Positions 49,626 to 63,638 are shown, counted from the first letter of the stretch. The stretch is DNA of 64,000 nt from Octopus bimaculoides (GCF_001194135.2 NC_068988.1:53997264-54061263), one strand, 5' to 3'. Numbers and translations: made by a program. The notes: a model not told the origin generated them from the sequence alone.

Positions 49626-51009
49626 ATATNNNNNNNNNNNNNNNNNNNNNNNNNNNNNNNNNNNNNNNNNNNNNNNNNNNNNNNNNNNNNNNNNNNNNNN
49701 NNNNNNNNNNNNNNNNNNNNNNNNNNNNNNNNNNNNNNNNNNNNNNNNNNNNNNNNNNNNNNNNNNNNNNNNNNNNNNNNNNNNNNNNNNNNNNNNNNNN
49801 AAAGGTTTTCAATTTAGTTGTATTTAGCATAATTTCACTTATGATTAAATTTTATTAGATTTTCACTAAAAAAAAAATTCTGTTTAACAGGTATCACATT
49901 GAAAGCTATAAAATTATGAAGTGTTTGTGTTGTTTATAATAAACTTTATTTTACATTTCTTGCTCACAAGAGATAATGTCCGATCTCTAGCATATGTCTT
50001 CTCAAATCACGATCACAGGAAAAGTTGTTGATAATTCTTATCAACAAAAACAAAGCTGATAAATATGCACAAGTGTTGCAAAATAAGTTTAATTACCAAT
50101 AAACATCAGCTTGGATGACACTTTACTCAACCAACTGAGGAAGGTGACTGATCAAACTGATTATGTAAACAGAATTCTGACTGGTCGAAGGTGTCTTCTC
50201 ATCTCAAGCTCTGATTTTTTGCCTATTCTTGTCGGAACCTTTGATATGGAGTATTGAAATTTCAATCCCTTTCACACTTATAAAATGTCAAGCAAACTTT
50301 AAAATTTGTCATTACTGTTATAGCCAGGAAACGAAACCGATAGTTTGGTAACCCACTAAAATAAACATTAAAAATTGAAAGGAGAAAATTAGCAGCTTTT
50401 GCAAGTTTAACTCAGTGTTTATTGAACAAGAGAGGTCCGAAATTTAAGAAGCAACTTGTTAGAATATACACGTCTGTGAGGAAACATAAACAAGAATAGT
50501 AAAAATCTATTATACCAAAAGAACTGGTAATACATACATTACAAGTGTTCTATGAAGAGAACATAAGATTGCTGCATAATTTCACATGAATGTGTAACGA
50601 CATTAAACATCATATAAGGTAAATGAAGGTTTCTGTAGGAACGCTAAGTTATATTCACTTAGTGAGTTTACATGCACAAGGATGAATTATGATGTTGTTA
50701 TTAGTGTCAGATGCAGTAAGAGCTGGTAGTGGCGATGTTGGCAGCGAGGAATTTCATTGCCTAATGCAGAGAAAGCGAGCAATAGCTTCCTGGAGGCAAA
50801 CACAAGCTAGACATCTTAAGTGGAGAAAAACTGATCTATTTAAGGAAATTGCTGGGCTCCATTGCGATGGGTAGAAACTCTAAGCAATGTAAAATATGGC
50901 TTGGACTGTGATTACCAGCATGAACATCAAACTTCAAAAAGTAGTTAACCATTTAATGGTTCTAATAAATTTATACAGAAAAATTTATGTATATATATAT
51001 ATATATATG

Positions 51010-51232
51010 TATATATTCATGTGTCTCTATTTTGTTCCCCCCCACCACCATCACTTGACAACCGATGTTGGTGTGTTTATGTCCCTGTAATTTGGCGGTT
51101 CAACAAAAGAGACCAATAGGATAAGTACTAGGTTTACAAAGAATAAGTCCTGGGGTTGATTTGTTCGACTAAAGGCGGTGCTCCAGCATGGCTGTAGTCA
51201 AATGACTGAAACAAGTAAAAGAATAAAAGAAT
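51010..51232 (+). mobile_element. SINE family A1 3' half
   Basis: cacttgacaaccgatgttggtgtgtttatgtccc...gactgaaacaagtaaaag. Confidence 0.85.
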
Positions 51233-51501
51233 ATACATATGTATATATATGATGGACTTCTTTCAGTTTCCAAATATCAGCCCTAGGTTATAATAAAAGA
51301 CACTTGCCCAGGGTACCACACAGTGGAACTGAACTCAGAAACATGTGGTTGGGAAGCAAACTTCTTACCACACAGCCACACCTGTGTCTATTTATAGCTA
51401 GCAAGGCCCTAATAATTTTATTTTCTCTGACCCTCAAATCAAAATAATTTTTTTACATATTTTTCTATAAATGGAAATCTCATTTAGATCCCCGTGTCTC
51501 A

Positions 51502-51723
51502 ATAATTTTCTTTTCCTTAAAAAAAATGGTCACAATAGAATGGAATGAGAATCTAAAAAAAAAAAAATAAATTAAATCCATGAAAGGAAGAAAGACAAAC
51601 AAACAATGAATCAAGTAAAAGCATTGAAAATGTAAAGAATTGACGTGAGTCTTAATAATATTCCGGTGAGATTTGAATATCAAAATTATAGAATATAGAT
51701 AGAATAATCACTGCTACTACCAC
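51502..51723 (+). repeat. ~220-bp AT-rich direct repeat, copy 1
   Basis: Aligns with 53848-54052 (aatccatgaaaggaagaaagacaaac...tgacgtgagtcttaataat). Confidence 0.85.
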
Positions 51724-52884
51724 TACACCAACAATAACAACAACAATAATTACAAAAAAAGAACATTATGAATTGACAACATATTTTGTTGTGATGAATA
51801 ATTTATTTTCACTTGGAGGAAATGTGGTGGTGATGGCNNNNNNNNNNGTGGTGGTGGTAGTGATGGTAGTGGTGATGGTGGTTGTGATAGTGGCAATGGT
51901 GATGGTAGTGGTGATGGTGGTGGAGGTGGTAGTGGTGGTGGTTGTGGTGGTGGTCATGACGATGATTTGGATAGTAATAATAAGAGCAGTAATAAGTATG
52001 ATGATAGCAATAGTGATGGGTGAAGTGGTAATGACAGTGTTAACCATGTTGGGGTAGAATGGTTAGTTGTTGTTGTTGGTGGTGGTAGTAATGATGGTGA
52101 GGCAAATGATGACGATGAGGAGAAAGTGGATAACGATAAGGGTACCAACAACGACGACAACAACAACAACAACAACAATATTAATGTGATGCTGGTGGTT
52201 GTGGTGGTGGAGATGGCAGAGGCGATATATAAATAAACAAATAAAGAAAGGCAGTGATAGAAATTGGAATTTTCCGAACTGAATAGGAAGAGGAAGCCAA
52301 AGATTGTGAGATAATACGAAGGTAAACTAACATTGGAAACTATCACTTGAATCATGCAAATCAATAAACATGGTATTATCGGAGCAGATCAAGAGACCAA
52401 TGCAACAAAACATCAAGATCCACTTCCAAATGGTTTTCACTTAATCCATTCTAATGAAATATAACAGAAGCAATAATCTGTTCTAATGAAACAGAACTGA
52501 AGTGATCTTCTCGCCTTCGATCTATGTTAATATTAAAGGACTTGGTAAACTGCATGCCTGTTTTACTGTATTTATTCCTGGCATGAAGTGTCCCTCCCCC
52601 AACCATACATTTCCTTCTCTCTTTTTCATTCTACAGAGCAACATTTCCTGGAGATTCTTCCATTCTATTTTTATTTAACTCATTCAGTTACCATTCTATT
52701 TCACTTTACTTTACTGAACTCCAAAAACTCAAGCCATCATGGGAGACTCTATGTTTTTGATTAAATTTAAAAAAGGCAGCTAAATCTTCCTCAAATCATG
52801 AATCAGAATCTTAAAATTTGCATAAAAACAAAAGAGAGAGAAAGGAAGGATATAGTGTGTAGTGTCGTCCTAGATATGCTATGT

Positions 52885-53145
52885 GGAGGTGCATGGTTTA
52901 GTGGTTAGGGTGTTGGATTCATGATTGTAAGATTGTGGTTTCAATTACTGGACCGGGCAATGTGCTGTGTTTTTGAACAAAACACTTTATTTCACGTTAC
53001 TTCAGTCCACTCAGCTGGCAAAAATGAATAATCCTGTGATGGACTGGCGTCCTGTCCAGGTGGGGAATGAATATGCTATGGAAACTGGGAAACCAGCCCT
53101 TATGAGTCAGGATGACTCAAGAAGGTAACTTTACTTTTACTTAGA
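52885..53145 (+). mobile_element. SINE family C head with short tail
   Basis: tggtttagtggttagg...ggtttcaattact...gggaaaccagcccttatgagtc. Confidence 0.7.
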
Positions 53146-53847
53146 CATACTATAATTGTTTGAAAATAGGATGGTCACTGCTTGAAGGGTTTTCCATCAT
53201 AAAGTTGATTTCTTGATCAAAGCTACTCTGGACCTATACTGTAATGACAACATGAACCAAACCAACATAGAGGGGTCCTCTATACAATCATTCAAGATGC
53301 TAGAAACAGGAGTCATGTCTCCCTCAAATCACATTCTACTGTCTTAAAAGACTGAATAACTTAGACTTAAATACACTCGCCACCAAAACCACCACCACCA
53401 CCACTATTACTGTCATTTAACAGCCCAACGTTCCAAGCTAGCATGGGTTGGATAGTTTGACAGGATCCAATGCATCCAAGGACTGCATTGTGCTCCAATG
53501 TCTGTTTTGGCATGGTTTCTATGGCTGGATACCCTTCCTAGCACCAGTTGCTTTGCAGCATGTAGTGGGTGATTTCTTTCATACAATCAGTACTAGTGAG
53601 GGTACCATTCAGCTTGCAGGACTACAAACCCCATGCTCGGAAATGAGGAGTAAAGAAAGAAAAAGTATGAGAGAAAAGGGCTGGGCAGAACAGATTTCTT
53701 GCTGTACAGAATGCACATGACTACTCACATCTTAGAAGTTAAATTGGGATTGATCTTGTGGAGCTAGAAAGCAAAAAAAGTGTGATGAGGTCAGTGTGAA
53801 CCTTTAAGGTACAAAATGGGTAGGAATGATCCCTATGTCTCAATAAA

Positions 53848-54052
53848 GTTCTTTTCTTTAAAAAAAATCACAAAAGAATGGAAAGAGAATCTAAAAAAAT
53901 AAAATCCATGAAAGGAAGAAAGACAAACAATGAATCAAATAAAAGCATTGAATATATAAAGAACTGACGTGAGTCTTAATAATAATATTTCAGTGAGATT
54001 TGAATGTCAAAATTGTAGGAGGAAGATAGAATAGTCACTGTTACTATCACTA
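53848..54052 (+). repeat. ~220-bp AT-rich direct repeat, copy 2
   Basis: Aligns with 51502-51723. Confidence 0.85.
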
Positions 54053-54477
54053 GACCAACGATAACAGAGGGAACAAGAGTGAGTTTGGAGTGGGGAGTAG
54101 GAGATGTGTAATAGTGCAAAACTGCAGGATGGTCATGATCGACATACCTTTTTAATCATAGGTCTAAGCGCTTGATTAGGGAATTTAACACCAACCATAA
54201 ACAGAATGAGCTAATTCTTCAGCATTCATATTTCTTCGTCAAATGTATTTTCTTAATTATTCACAATGTCTTGAATTAATCAAGCATTATCTCAAAGCAT
54301 TGAGATTTCAACGATGTGATTGTTTATTCTTAGAATGACATTGTAGGATAGGTGTAAGAGGTTGGATCTGGTTAGTTCTAACATAAAACTGGTAGATTAT
54401 TTGGGCCGGATATGGTCAGATTAAATGCTAAAGGGTTAAATTAGCTAGAAATAGAAGCTAGATCACACTTTTTATTT

Positions 54478-54650
54478 TCTGATAGAGATGAGAGGTTTCT
54501 GGTAGAGAAGAGAGGGTTTCCTGTAGAGAATAGAGGTCTCTGCTACTGAAAAGGGGTTTCCAGTAGAGAACAGAGGTTTCTGATAGAGAAGAACAGTTTC
54601 TGTTATTGGTAGAGAGGTTTCTGGTTTAGCTAGAGAAGTTTCTGATACAG
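54478..54650. repeat. Degenerate ~20-bp minisatellite (ggtttctg.tagagaa.aga)
   Basis: About eight imperfect units read directly. Confidence 0.75.
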
Positions 54651-55242
54651 GTGGTGGGAGCCAGAATGGGTGGATGCATTGTGAGTGAGAGAGCAAGTGA
54701 GTGAAGACTCAAGGCAACATTACAAGGGAATCAAACAGCTTTATGAGAGAGAGAAAATACATAAATTGTCAACAAGTCAAAAAGCAACCTACATTGGATG
54801 AAATATTATAATTATCACAAAAAAAAAGACAGGATTACTATATATATGTGTGTGTGTGTGTGTGTATTATTTTTGAACTTATATATTTTTATCTTTTCTC
54901 TTCTATTCTAATAAATTATCATTGTTTCTTTTCAACTTTATATGGATTCAAAACTAACAATAAATGACCACATGAAAATCATCAAAGTTGTTGTTATGTA
55001 CATAAGACAGGAAACTTAATAGAAAGATGCTGCTACCAAGTTCAAAGCTAACATCTTAACAATTTTGTTGAGGTCATCTATCATTAATTTCCAATCCATC
55101 TATCATTAATTTTCAATCCATAGTGAGATGAAGAGAAAAATAATTAGTATATATATAAATATACATGAATGTACATACATACATACATACATATATATAT
55201 ATATATGTATGTATGTGTATATATGCGTGTGTGTATATACAT

Positions 55243-55286
<44 letters not shown>

Positions 55287-55766
55287 ACAGTGTGCAGGAG
55301 AATGCAAAGTAAGCATAGTATTGATATCACAGTGTAGTGCTTAGATATTTGAGAACTTAATTCCAACTCCTTTATCTTGGGTTAGTGCCTCTGGTGTTGA
55401 AAGTTGTCTGTAAGAACAATCTTTATCACACTGTTAGGGAGGTAGAAAGATAAATACAAGTAGGCTTAATGTGAATATTTTCATGGAATACAAAATACAG
55501 AGTATAAGAAAAAGAAATACAGTAAAGGAAAGGAGTTATATAATAGTCTTATCTTAACAGCTGTTTCAGGAATATCATGGCTTATGCTGTAGCTATGTTC
55601 ATATGCTGTAACTATGGTCATACATAATAAATGCCCATGATGTCATAGGTGTGTGTAACATCACAAGTTCCAATGGATTTGTTTGGCATTTACTATTTTT
55701 CTTCCACTGAGGTTAACCTGTCTTTGCCTAACAAATCCATAGGAACTAATATTATCATACACACAC

Positions 55767-56025
55767 ATGGTGTTTGGAGTGATCACTAGTGATGGTGACG
55801 TTATTCCTCCATTCATCTTCCCACATGGCCTCACACTCAACATGGAGGCCTACATCAAGTGCCTGGAGGCAGTAGTGCTGCCCTGGGTCAGGAGGGTGGC
55901 TGCTAGAAGACATTATCTCTGTTGTTTCCAAATTTCAGGCAGAGTGAATTACATCATGGTGCTGTTTTTCTCACAGACAGTGCCCCAAAAATATAAAATG
56001 GTGACAATTTACCCATCGCACCCTG
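55767..56025. mobile_element. Rearranged DD37D remnant (+ transposase piece joined to inverted 5' end/TIR)
   Basis: MVFGVITSDGDVIPPFIFPHGLTLNMEAYIKCLE on +; 55919-56025 matches 8315-8485 and ends gtgacaatttacccatcgcaccctg|ta. Confidence 0.8.
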
Positions 56026-56103
56026 TATATCAATATATATATATATGTTTATTTATTTATATATTGTATAATATCTCAAACTAATACACTTACATATTCA
56101 ATT

Positions 56104-56395
56104 GCCAAACAAATAAATGACATTATTAAAAGATACACACAGAAAAATATATAGTATGAAGTCATCTGAAGAATTTCTACAGATCTTAGTTGAAACATAT
56201 ACAAAAGGTATCATCCCTACATTAGATGTAGGAAGTTTGTTCAGCAATGTCCCAGTGGGAGAAGTCATAGAAATCATTATAAATAATGTATATAAACACC
56301 AAATGGTAAAGCTATCTGCAATACCTGAAAACATATATTGAAAAAACTACTTATTACATACAAAACTAAAGTGCCTTTTTGGTGCTAACAAAGAC
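56104..56395 (+). pseudogene. Penelope-like element reverse transcriptase fragment
   Basis: TLDVGSLFSNVPVGEVIEIIINNVYKH...IPENI.KKLL matches the PLE RT motif SLDV.SLFTNVP..E.I.II. Confidence 0.75.
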
Positions 56396-56678
56396 AATTA
56401 AAATGATTTAATATTGGTTGGCTGATATCAACATGGGTCAGTAGTGGAATTGTGAGATTCCTTAGTCCAGAAGCTTTTGACTGACAAAAAACACCAATGA
56501 CTCTGGAATCCCTTGTACTAATGGAACCAAGTGTGTTATGAAAAATATTCATTGTAAAGGAAAAGCTATTCTTCTGGGATGAACACAACAGTAATTAGCA
56601 TGTTCATGTTTAAGCCTGATACTAAGAATAAATATGCAAGTCCCATTTGTGTGTGTGGGGGGGGGGTGCGTGTGTATA

Positions 56679-57020
56679 CAGGGTGCATAAGATATTTGAA
56701 GACAGATTTATGTTTATAAAAAAGCAGATATACAATAACAGATAACTTTATTCATCAAAAATTGCTATGAGGATAAAAATAAACCTTTTCTATAATGTTA
56801 TTCAATAAAGCCCCATTCAGCTTCAACAACTGCTTCTATATGAGATCTAAATCATCTTGAATCAAGTGGTCCTGGTTCATTTTGGACATTACTCTGACTA
56901 TGGCAGCCTTCAAAGAATCTTTGGTGTTATGGGCGTATTCATTGACCTCTCTCTCAACAACACACCACATTCAATAGTCCAATGGATTGAGATCTAGAAT
57001 TAGGAAACCAAATGTTAAAG
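56679..57020 (-). mobile_element. DD37D transposon 3' fragment with TIR
   Basis: VVEREVNEYAHNTKDSLKAAIVRVMSKMN...FRSHIEAVVEAEWGFIE*; TIR ta|cagggtgcataagatatttgaagac resembles the 13084 end. Confidence 0.8.
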
Positions 57021-57334
57021 TTTATGTCATTGCCGTTATCATCATCATCATCATCATCATCATCTAATGTCAGTTTTTCATGCTGGCATGGGTTGGATGG
57101 TTTGACTGAGGTCTGGAAATATATATATATATATAATTTATTTAATGGGCATAATACATGTATTTAAGTGCTACTAATAGTTTTATTTGTTGAGAAGTAC
57201 TCAAACATGTTCTTTAGGCACAAACCACATATCATATAACTCTCTATTGAACTCTAGGTCAGAAATTTTCAGTAGTGCAACCATATGTATAAATATACAT
57301 AGACATGCAGGAAGTAAATAGACACCTTTAATTT

Positions 57335-57795
57335 CCAAAATCTTTCATTTGATATTAATTGGTTGAAGGAAAGGTTGTCTTCTAGCTGCTCATCCAGAAT
57401 ACCCAAGCTTATGCAGATATGTTCTTGGACTAACTTGTAGCTGTTTTGCAATGTTAGAAGCCTTCGAACGGGGTTTGTTTTCCACAATTCTCTTCAAACA
57501 GCAAAACTTCTTTTCCGAGGGCCCAGGTCGGCCGGGACGAGAATCTGTTGATTCCTTTCCTTGGCTCTTGAATTGCACTATAATTCTATTAACCGTAGCA
57601 AGAGGAATTTGAAGATTTTTCGGCAACTTTTCACTGCCTTAGACCAGCATCAGATTGCCCAACAATATGACCGCCTTGAAAATCTGGCAGTTCTGCTGAA
57701 TTTTTTGTGCGTGGCATGGTTACTCTTCACAAATATTTAATATAATGGCACCTGGAATGAAAAAGAATAATTACATTGTAAATTCCACACCGCTG
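57335..57795 (-). mobile_element. Tc1-family transposon 5' part (HTH DNA-binding region)
   Basis: ATG at 57717: MPRTKNSAELPDFQGGHIVG...LQIPLATVNRIIVQFK...RPGRP...LHKLGY; end ta|cagcggtgtgg. Confidence 0.8.
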
Positions 57796-59956
57796 TAAAC
57801 ATATTAAGACACTTAGATCAGAAATTTTGAAAATTAAAGGTGTCTATTTACTTCTTGCATTTCTGTGTATTTCGAAGAATTGGAAAATTCCACCTATTCC
57901 TGACCAATTTGATATCTTTCCAGCTTTATCATGTAAGGTCGAAGGAGAATAACTCTTTTACCTATTTACCTTTTTATCTTTTATATTTTAGTTTTTGTTT
58001 TTTCATTTTCCATTTTTTGTTTTCCATTTTCTGTTTTTTACTTTCTGCATTTTCTATATGCTGCCTTCTCATTTTTTTTTTGCATTTCTTCTATTATTCA
58101 ATTTTTTTTAGTTTATTATGATATGTGGTTTGTGCCTGAAGAATATGTTTGAGTACTTCTCAACATATGAAACTATTAGTAGTGCTTAAATACATCAGAT
58201 GGTGTACTTTTTTTGTTGAATTTTCTATCATAGAACAGCACATTTTATATATATATATATNNNNNNNNNNNNNNNNNNNNNNNNNNNNNNNNNNNNNNNN
58301 NNNNNNNNNNNNNNNNNNNNNNNNNNNNNNNNNNNNNNNNNNNNNNNNNNNNNNNNNNNNNNNNNNNNNNNNNNNNNNNNNNNNNNNNNNNNNNNNNNNN
58401 NNNNNNNNNNNNNNNNNNNNNNNNNNATATATTATATACATTATATATATGTTATATATATAATATATATTATTATATATATTATATATATGTTATATAT
58501 ATGCTATATATGATATATATATATATATATATATATATGCTTACATTTGTGGATGGGTCTTTTTCATTGTTAAGTCTTCTCCAATGTCATGAAGTACCAG
58601 TGAACATGCCCTTTGTCATATTTTGCTCGGGAAGTAGCATCTTGAGATCAGTCTTGACCATTTTATACCAAGTCTTTTTTGGTGTTCCTCTTTATATTCT
58701 CCATTCATTTTGAGTGTGTGTGACTCTTGTTTATGCAGCTTTCATCTTTCATGCATATCATATGCCCATACCAACATACCAACGTAGACTTCTCTCTTGC
58801 ACTCCACATCTAATTCATTTTATATTTAGTTTTTCTCTCAGCTCATTAATATTCCATCATATATGCACATTATAGGGAATGAGAGAGCAAGGGGTGGGGG
58901 AGGGAGTGGAAGAGCTATGTATATAAATGTAGATTATATATATATTTTTATAAGTGTGTGTGTACTGCATTGCATTGCATTTACATATACATTTGTACAT
59001 GTATGTTCATCATCGTCATTATGCTATGTGTGTGTGTGCGTGTGTATACATATATTTAAATACACATGCACAACACACACACAATTATATATATATATAT
59101 ATNNNNNNNNNNNNNNNNNNNNNNNNNNNNNNNNNNNNNNNNNNNNNNNNNNNNNNNNNNNNNNNNNNNNNNNNNNNNNNNNNNNNNNNNNNNNNNNNNN
59201 NNNNNNNNNNNNNNNNNNNNNNNNNNNNNNNNNNNNNNNNNNNNNNNNNNNNNNNNNNNNNNNNNNNNNTATATATATACATGTATACACAATTACACTC
59301 ATATATACATTTCTATAGTTTCCTCTCTTTCTGTTGTGTCTTCCTCTTTCACTGTGTATATGTGTGTGTACATACATATATATGTGCACGTCCACACGCA
59401 CACACACATGCACACACACACACGCACACACATACACACACATGCACATACACACATGCATGCATGCACATACATACATGTACACGCACAAATGCTTATA
59501 TTTCAATGCCGTTTATTTCTTTAAACTGTAGCTTACACTTTCTAATTTTCTTCCCCTAAGAGAACGTAATAAACTGTTTATTCAAACGAACATTTTCTCC
59601 TTCTTTTCTTGTTTACTGTCTTCAATCTATAAAGTAGAAAATGAAAATTAACTATAATATTTTATACTAACTCTGTTCATATACAGTGGATGTAAATATT
59701 TTCTAATCGATTTTCAAGTTGATTTGAGAGATTCATGTGGATGAAATAGTAAAGAATAAATAATAGTGGTAGGATTAAAAGAAGAGAGGCAAGAGCTAGT
59801 GAGAGAGAGAGAGAGAGAAAGAGAGAAGGAGACAAACAACAAGAGAAAGAGAGATGCAGTGTTATGTAGGAATTTTAAATTACAGGATATGAAAGCATAA
59901 AACCTTTGATATTGCTGCTTGTGAAAAGTGTATGTATGTAAGTATATGGGTATATC

Positions 59957-60042
<86 letters not shown>

Positions 60043-60709
60043 TGTATGCATATATGCACCAGTTATTTTTCAAATTTCTCGCAATGAAGAATGAGCCGGT
60101 GTCTAACTCAAAAACAAGGTACTTACATTGGGATTTAGAAAACATCAACAGGGTAGTCTTATGTACATGTATGTATGCATGTATGTATGCATGTATGTAT
60201 GTATGCATGTATGTATGTATGTATGTATGTATGTATGTATGTATGTATGCCTGTGAGTATCTGTGCATACATGTATATTCCAGTTTATTTTCCAAACTTT
60301 TTGCTGATAGAGAGAAACTGTTGGTTTCTTAGCCAGAAACAAGCTTCTTTTATTGGGGATTTAGCATCAATGTGTGTGTATGTGTTTGTGTGAGCATAAA
60401 GTTCTTGCATTGATTTAAATAAATGAGGGTCCCATTTGTTTGATCTCTTCCTTATAAATTGTTGAGTTATTTCCATGACATATGCATCCTTAATGTAATT
60501 GCAAAGCAGAATCAACTTCATACTGTTTATACAAAACTCATTTCTTGAATTACAGTATTCTGTTTATGAAATGTCCTTCTGTAAGGGATAGGTCAATATA
60601 AAACTAATGGCATAAACATCTTCCTGGTAAAAAAAAGGTGTGTGTATGCATGTATGTAAGTGTATGTGCCTGTGTGCATGTGTGTATGTATACATATATA
60701 TGCATATGG

Positions 60710-60740
<31 letters not shown>

Positions 60741-60769
60741 AAAAAGTTATCTTCTTGAGTCATACTGAC

Positions 60770-60992
60770 ATATAAGGGCTGGTTTCCTGGTTTCCGCAGC
60801 ATATAAATTTCTCCACCTGGATGAGATGTCAGTCTGCCACAAGATTACTCATTTTTGCCAGCTGAGTGGACTGGAGCAACGCAAAATGTAGTGTTTTGCC
60901 CAAGAACACAACACACCACCCAGTCCAAGAATCGAAACCATAATCTTATGATCATGAGTCCAACACCCTAATCACTAACCCACACACCACCG
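60770..60992 (-). mobile_element. SINE family C copy
   Basis: Reverse complement tRNA head ...gtgttcttgggcaaaacact...gctccagtccactcagctggcaaaaatgagta. Confidence 0.75.
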
Positions 60993-61387
60993 CAAAAGCA
61001 AAATTGACCCCACAGGAATTTGAACTCTGAACACAAAGGTCGATAGAACGCTGCTAGACATTGCTTTGCATGCTAATGATTCTGCAGATCACTGCCTCAT
61101 GGATATATACAGAAACTATGCACACAGGAACTTCATAAGAGTCATCTTAATTCATCTAAATGATGTGTTTATTTCCTGAGAAAGCATGACAGTCAACTAG
61201 ATATTAGCTATTCCCAATGTTTATGCAAAATTAACAGAAGAAAATGAATACATACATACATACATACATACAAATAGCACACATCAGCACCAGTCTATGG
61301 AAGCAATGACTTATCAACCCCCCCNNNNNNNNNNGCTATTATAGAAAGCAGAAATGAAATGATGATATATATATATATATATATATA

Positions 61388-61602
61388 CAAGGGGGTGCTG
61401 AAAAGTTCCTGGTTTTGGTGGGTAAAAGAAAATACAGGAGTATGATTATGATTTTATTCAACATATTCTCCTCTTAGATTCACACACTTATTGCATCAGT
61501 CTTTCAATTTTTCTAAGCCCTGTAAAAGAACTCAGAAGGTTGGTCCTCCAGCAAGGTTTTTTGTGATGCCTTTTAAGTCTGAAACTTTTCAGCAACCCCT
61601 CA
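61388..61602. mobile_element. Mariner-derived MITE (~215 bp)
   Basis: TIRs ta|caagggggtgctgaaaagttcc and gaaacttttcagcaacccctca; no ORF. Confidence 0.75.
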
Positions 61603-62017
61603 TGTGTATGTATATAGGAGAAGGAAAACTGATATAATGTCTCTAACTTCATTTGTATGTAATGATGTAGACTAGTTGTTCTTTTTTGGACAAATGTATA
61701 CATTGTTTTGAGAGTAGGATTGGCACTCACTTTAAAAAGATTCAGATTCAGGGACAAGCATCTCTGTTATCTGTTCCATGATATAGCTGGCCATAGCTGA
61801 GCAAGGCAAGACAATGAAAGATTCCATGATGGAATGAAGGCATGTATAAACATAGTTGGCAAGCTCTCTTAACACCTGTTACAAAAGGCACCTATTGTTG
61901 CCACATCTTTATAAAAGAGTGTTGGTCCCTAGCAGGATTGAAGAGTTACATATGTGCTGCTTATGCTTCAGAGAACAACCAAGCAATTACATTGCTTGAA
62001 ATCAAGTGCAGCCATCA

Positions 62018-62081
<64 letters not shown>

Positions 62082-62885
62082 NNNNNNNNNNNNNNNNNNN
62101 NNNNNNNNNNNNNNNNNNNNNNNNNNNNNNNNNNNNNNNNNNNNNNNNNNNNNNNNNNNNNNNNNNNNNNNNNNNNNNNNNNNNNNNNNNNNNNNNNNNN
62201 NNNNNNNNNNNNNNNNNNNNNNNNNNNNNNNNNNNNNNNNNNNNNNNNNNNNNNNNNNNNNNNNNNNNNNNNNNNNNNNNNNNNNNNNNNNNNNNNNNNN
62301 NNNNNNNNNNNNNNNNNNNNNNNNNNNNNNNNNNNNNNNNNNNNNNNNNNNNNNNNNNNNNNNNNNNNNNNNNNNNNNNNNNNNNNNNNNNNNNNNNNNN
62401 NNNNNNNNNNNNNNNNNNNNNNNNNNNNNNNNNNNNNNNNNNNNNNNNNNNNNNNNNNNNNNNNNNNNNNNNNNNNNNNNNNNNNNNNNNNNNNNNNNNN
62501 NNNNNNNNNNNNNNNNNNNNNNNNNNNNNNNNNNNNNNNNNNNNNNNNNNNNNNNNNNNNNNNNNNNNNNNNNNNNNNNNNNNNNNNNNNNNNNNNNNNN
62601 NNNNNNNNNNNNNNNNNNNNNNNNNNNNNNNNNNNNNNNNNNNNNNNNNNNNNNNNNNNNNNNNNNNNNNNNNNNNNNNNNNNNNNNNNNNNNNNNNNNN
62701 NNNNNNNNNNNNNNNNNNNNNNNNNNNNNNNNNNNNNNNNNNNNNNNNNNNNNNNNNNNNNNNNNNNNNNNNNNNNNNNNNNNNNNNNNNNNNNNNNNNN
62801 NNNNNNNNNNNNNNNNNNNNNNNNNNNNNNNNNNNNNNNNNNNNNNNNNNNNNNNNNNNNNNNNNNNNNNNNNNNNNNNNNNNNN

Positions 62886-62933
<48 letters not shown>

Positions 62934-63367
62934 TATGTGTGTGTGTGTGCAGGTGTATCTGTGTGTATGCATATGCGTATATACACATGCATGTGCATGC
63001 ACAGACACAAAGGTATTTAATCACAAATAGTAACAGCCATAATAATGTGAATGGATAATTTCTCTCATGATCAGCAATGCTACTTTCTCCTATAATCTTG
63101 ACCTTGATACCATTTTCATTGATATAGTAAAAAAATAACAACAACAACAAAACAAAAAAACAGAAAACAAAATCAATCAATATATATATGAGGTAGATAT
63201 CTATTAACTAATGATTATTTCTCCCCATACTATGAATGCACACAGACGCAGACGCAGACACACACACACACATACACACACACACTTACACACTCAGACA
63301 TACACACAAATGTGTGTATATGTATTCATATATATGTATATGTAACTATTTATATATGTATATATAA

Positions 63368-63405
<38 letters not shown>

Positions 63406-63638
63406 ACACATGTTTTTCATGTATATGTGTACAGGAGCCTGTATTTATATCTGTCTGTAAGTGTCTATGCTTGTGATTGCATGANNNNNNNNNNATATAT
63501 GTATGTATGTGTATGTATATACATACATGCATATAATCAATAATTATATATCTAATATATACGTTTCTATTCAATGAACCCAAATTTCCAATGAGACTCA
63601 GTGAAGCACTAAGAAGTTCTTTTGTCCTTTCTCGTTTT

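Noticed and set aside
50108-50260. Protein-like ORF LDDTLLNQLRKVTDQTDYVNRIL
   Set aside because: Weak acceptor, no start and no recognisable family
8295-63180. Long ORFs of 100-400 aa in the ORF track
   Set aside because: They run through N-gaps or dinucleotide/tetranucleotide microsatellites (YIYI, CVCV, HTHT, MYVC)
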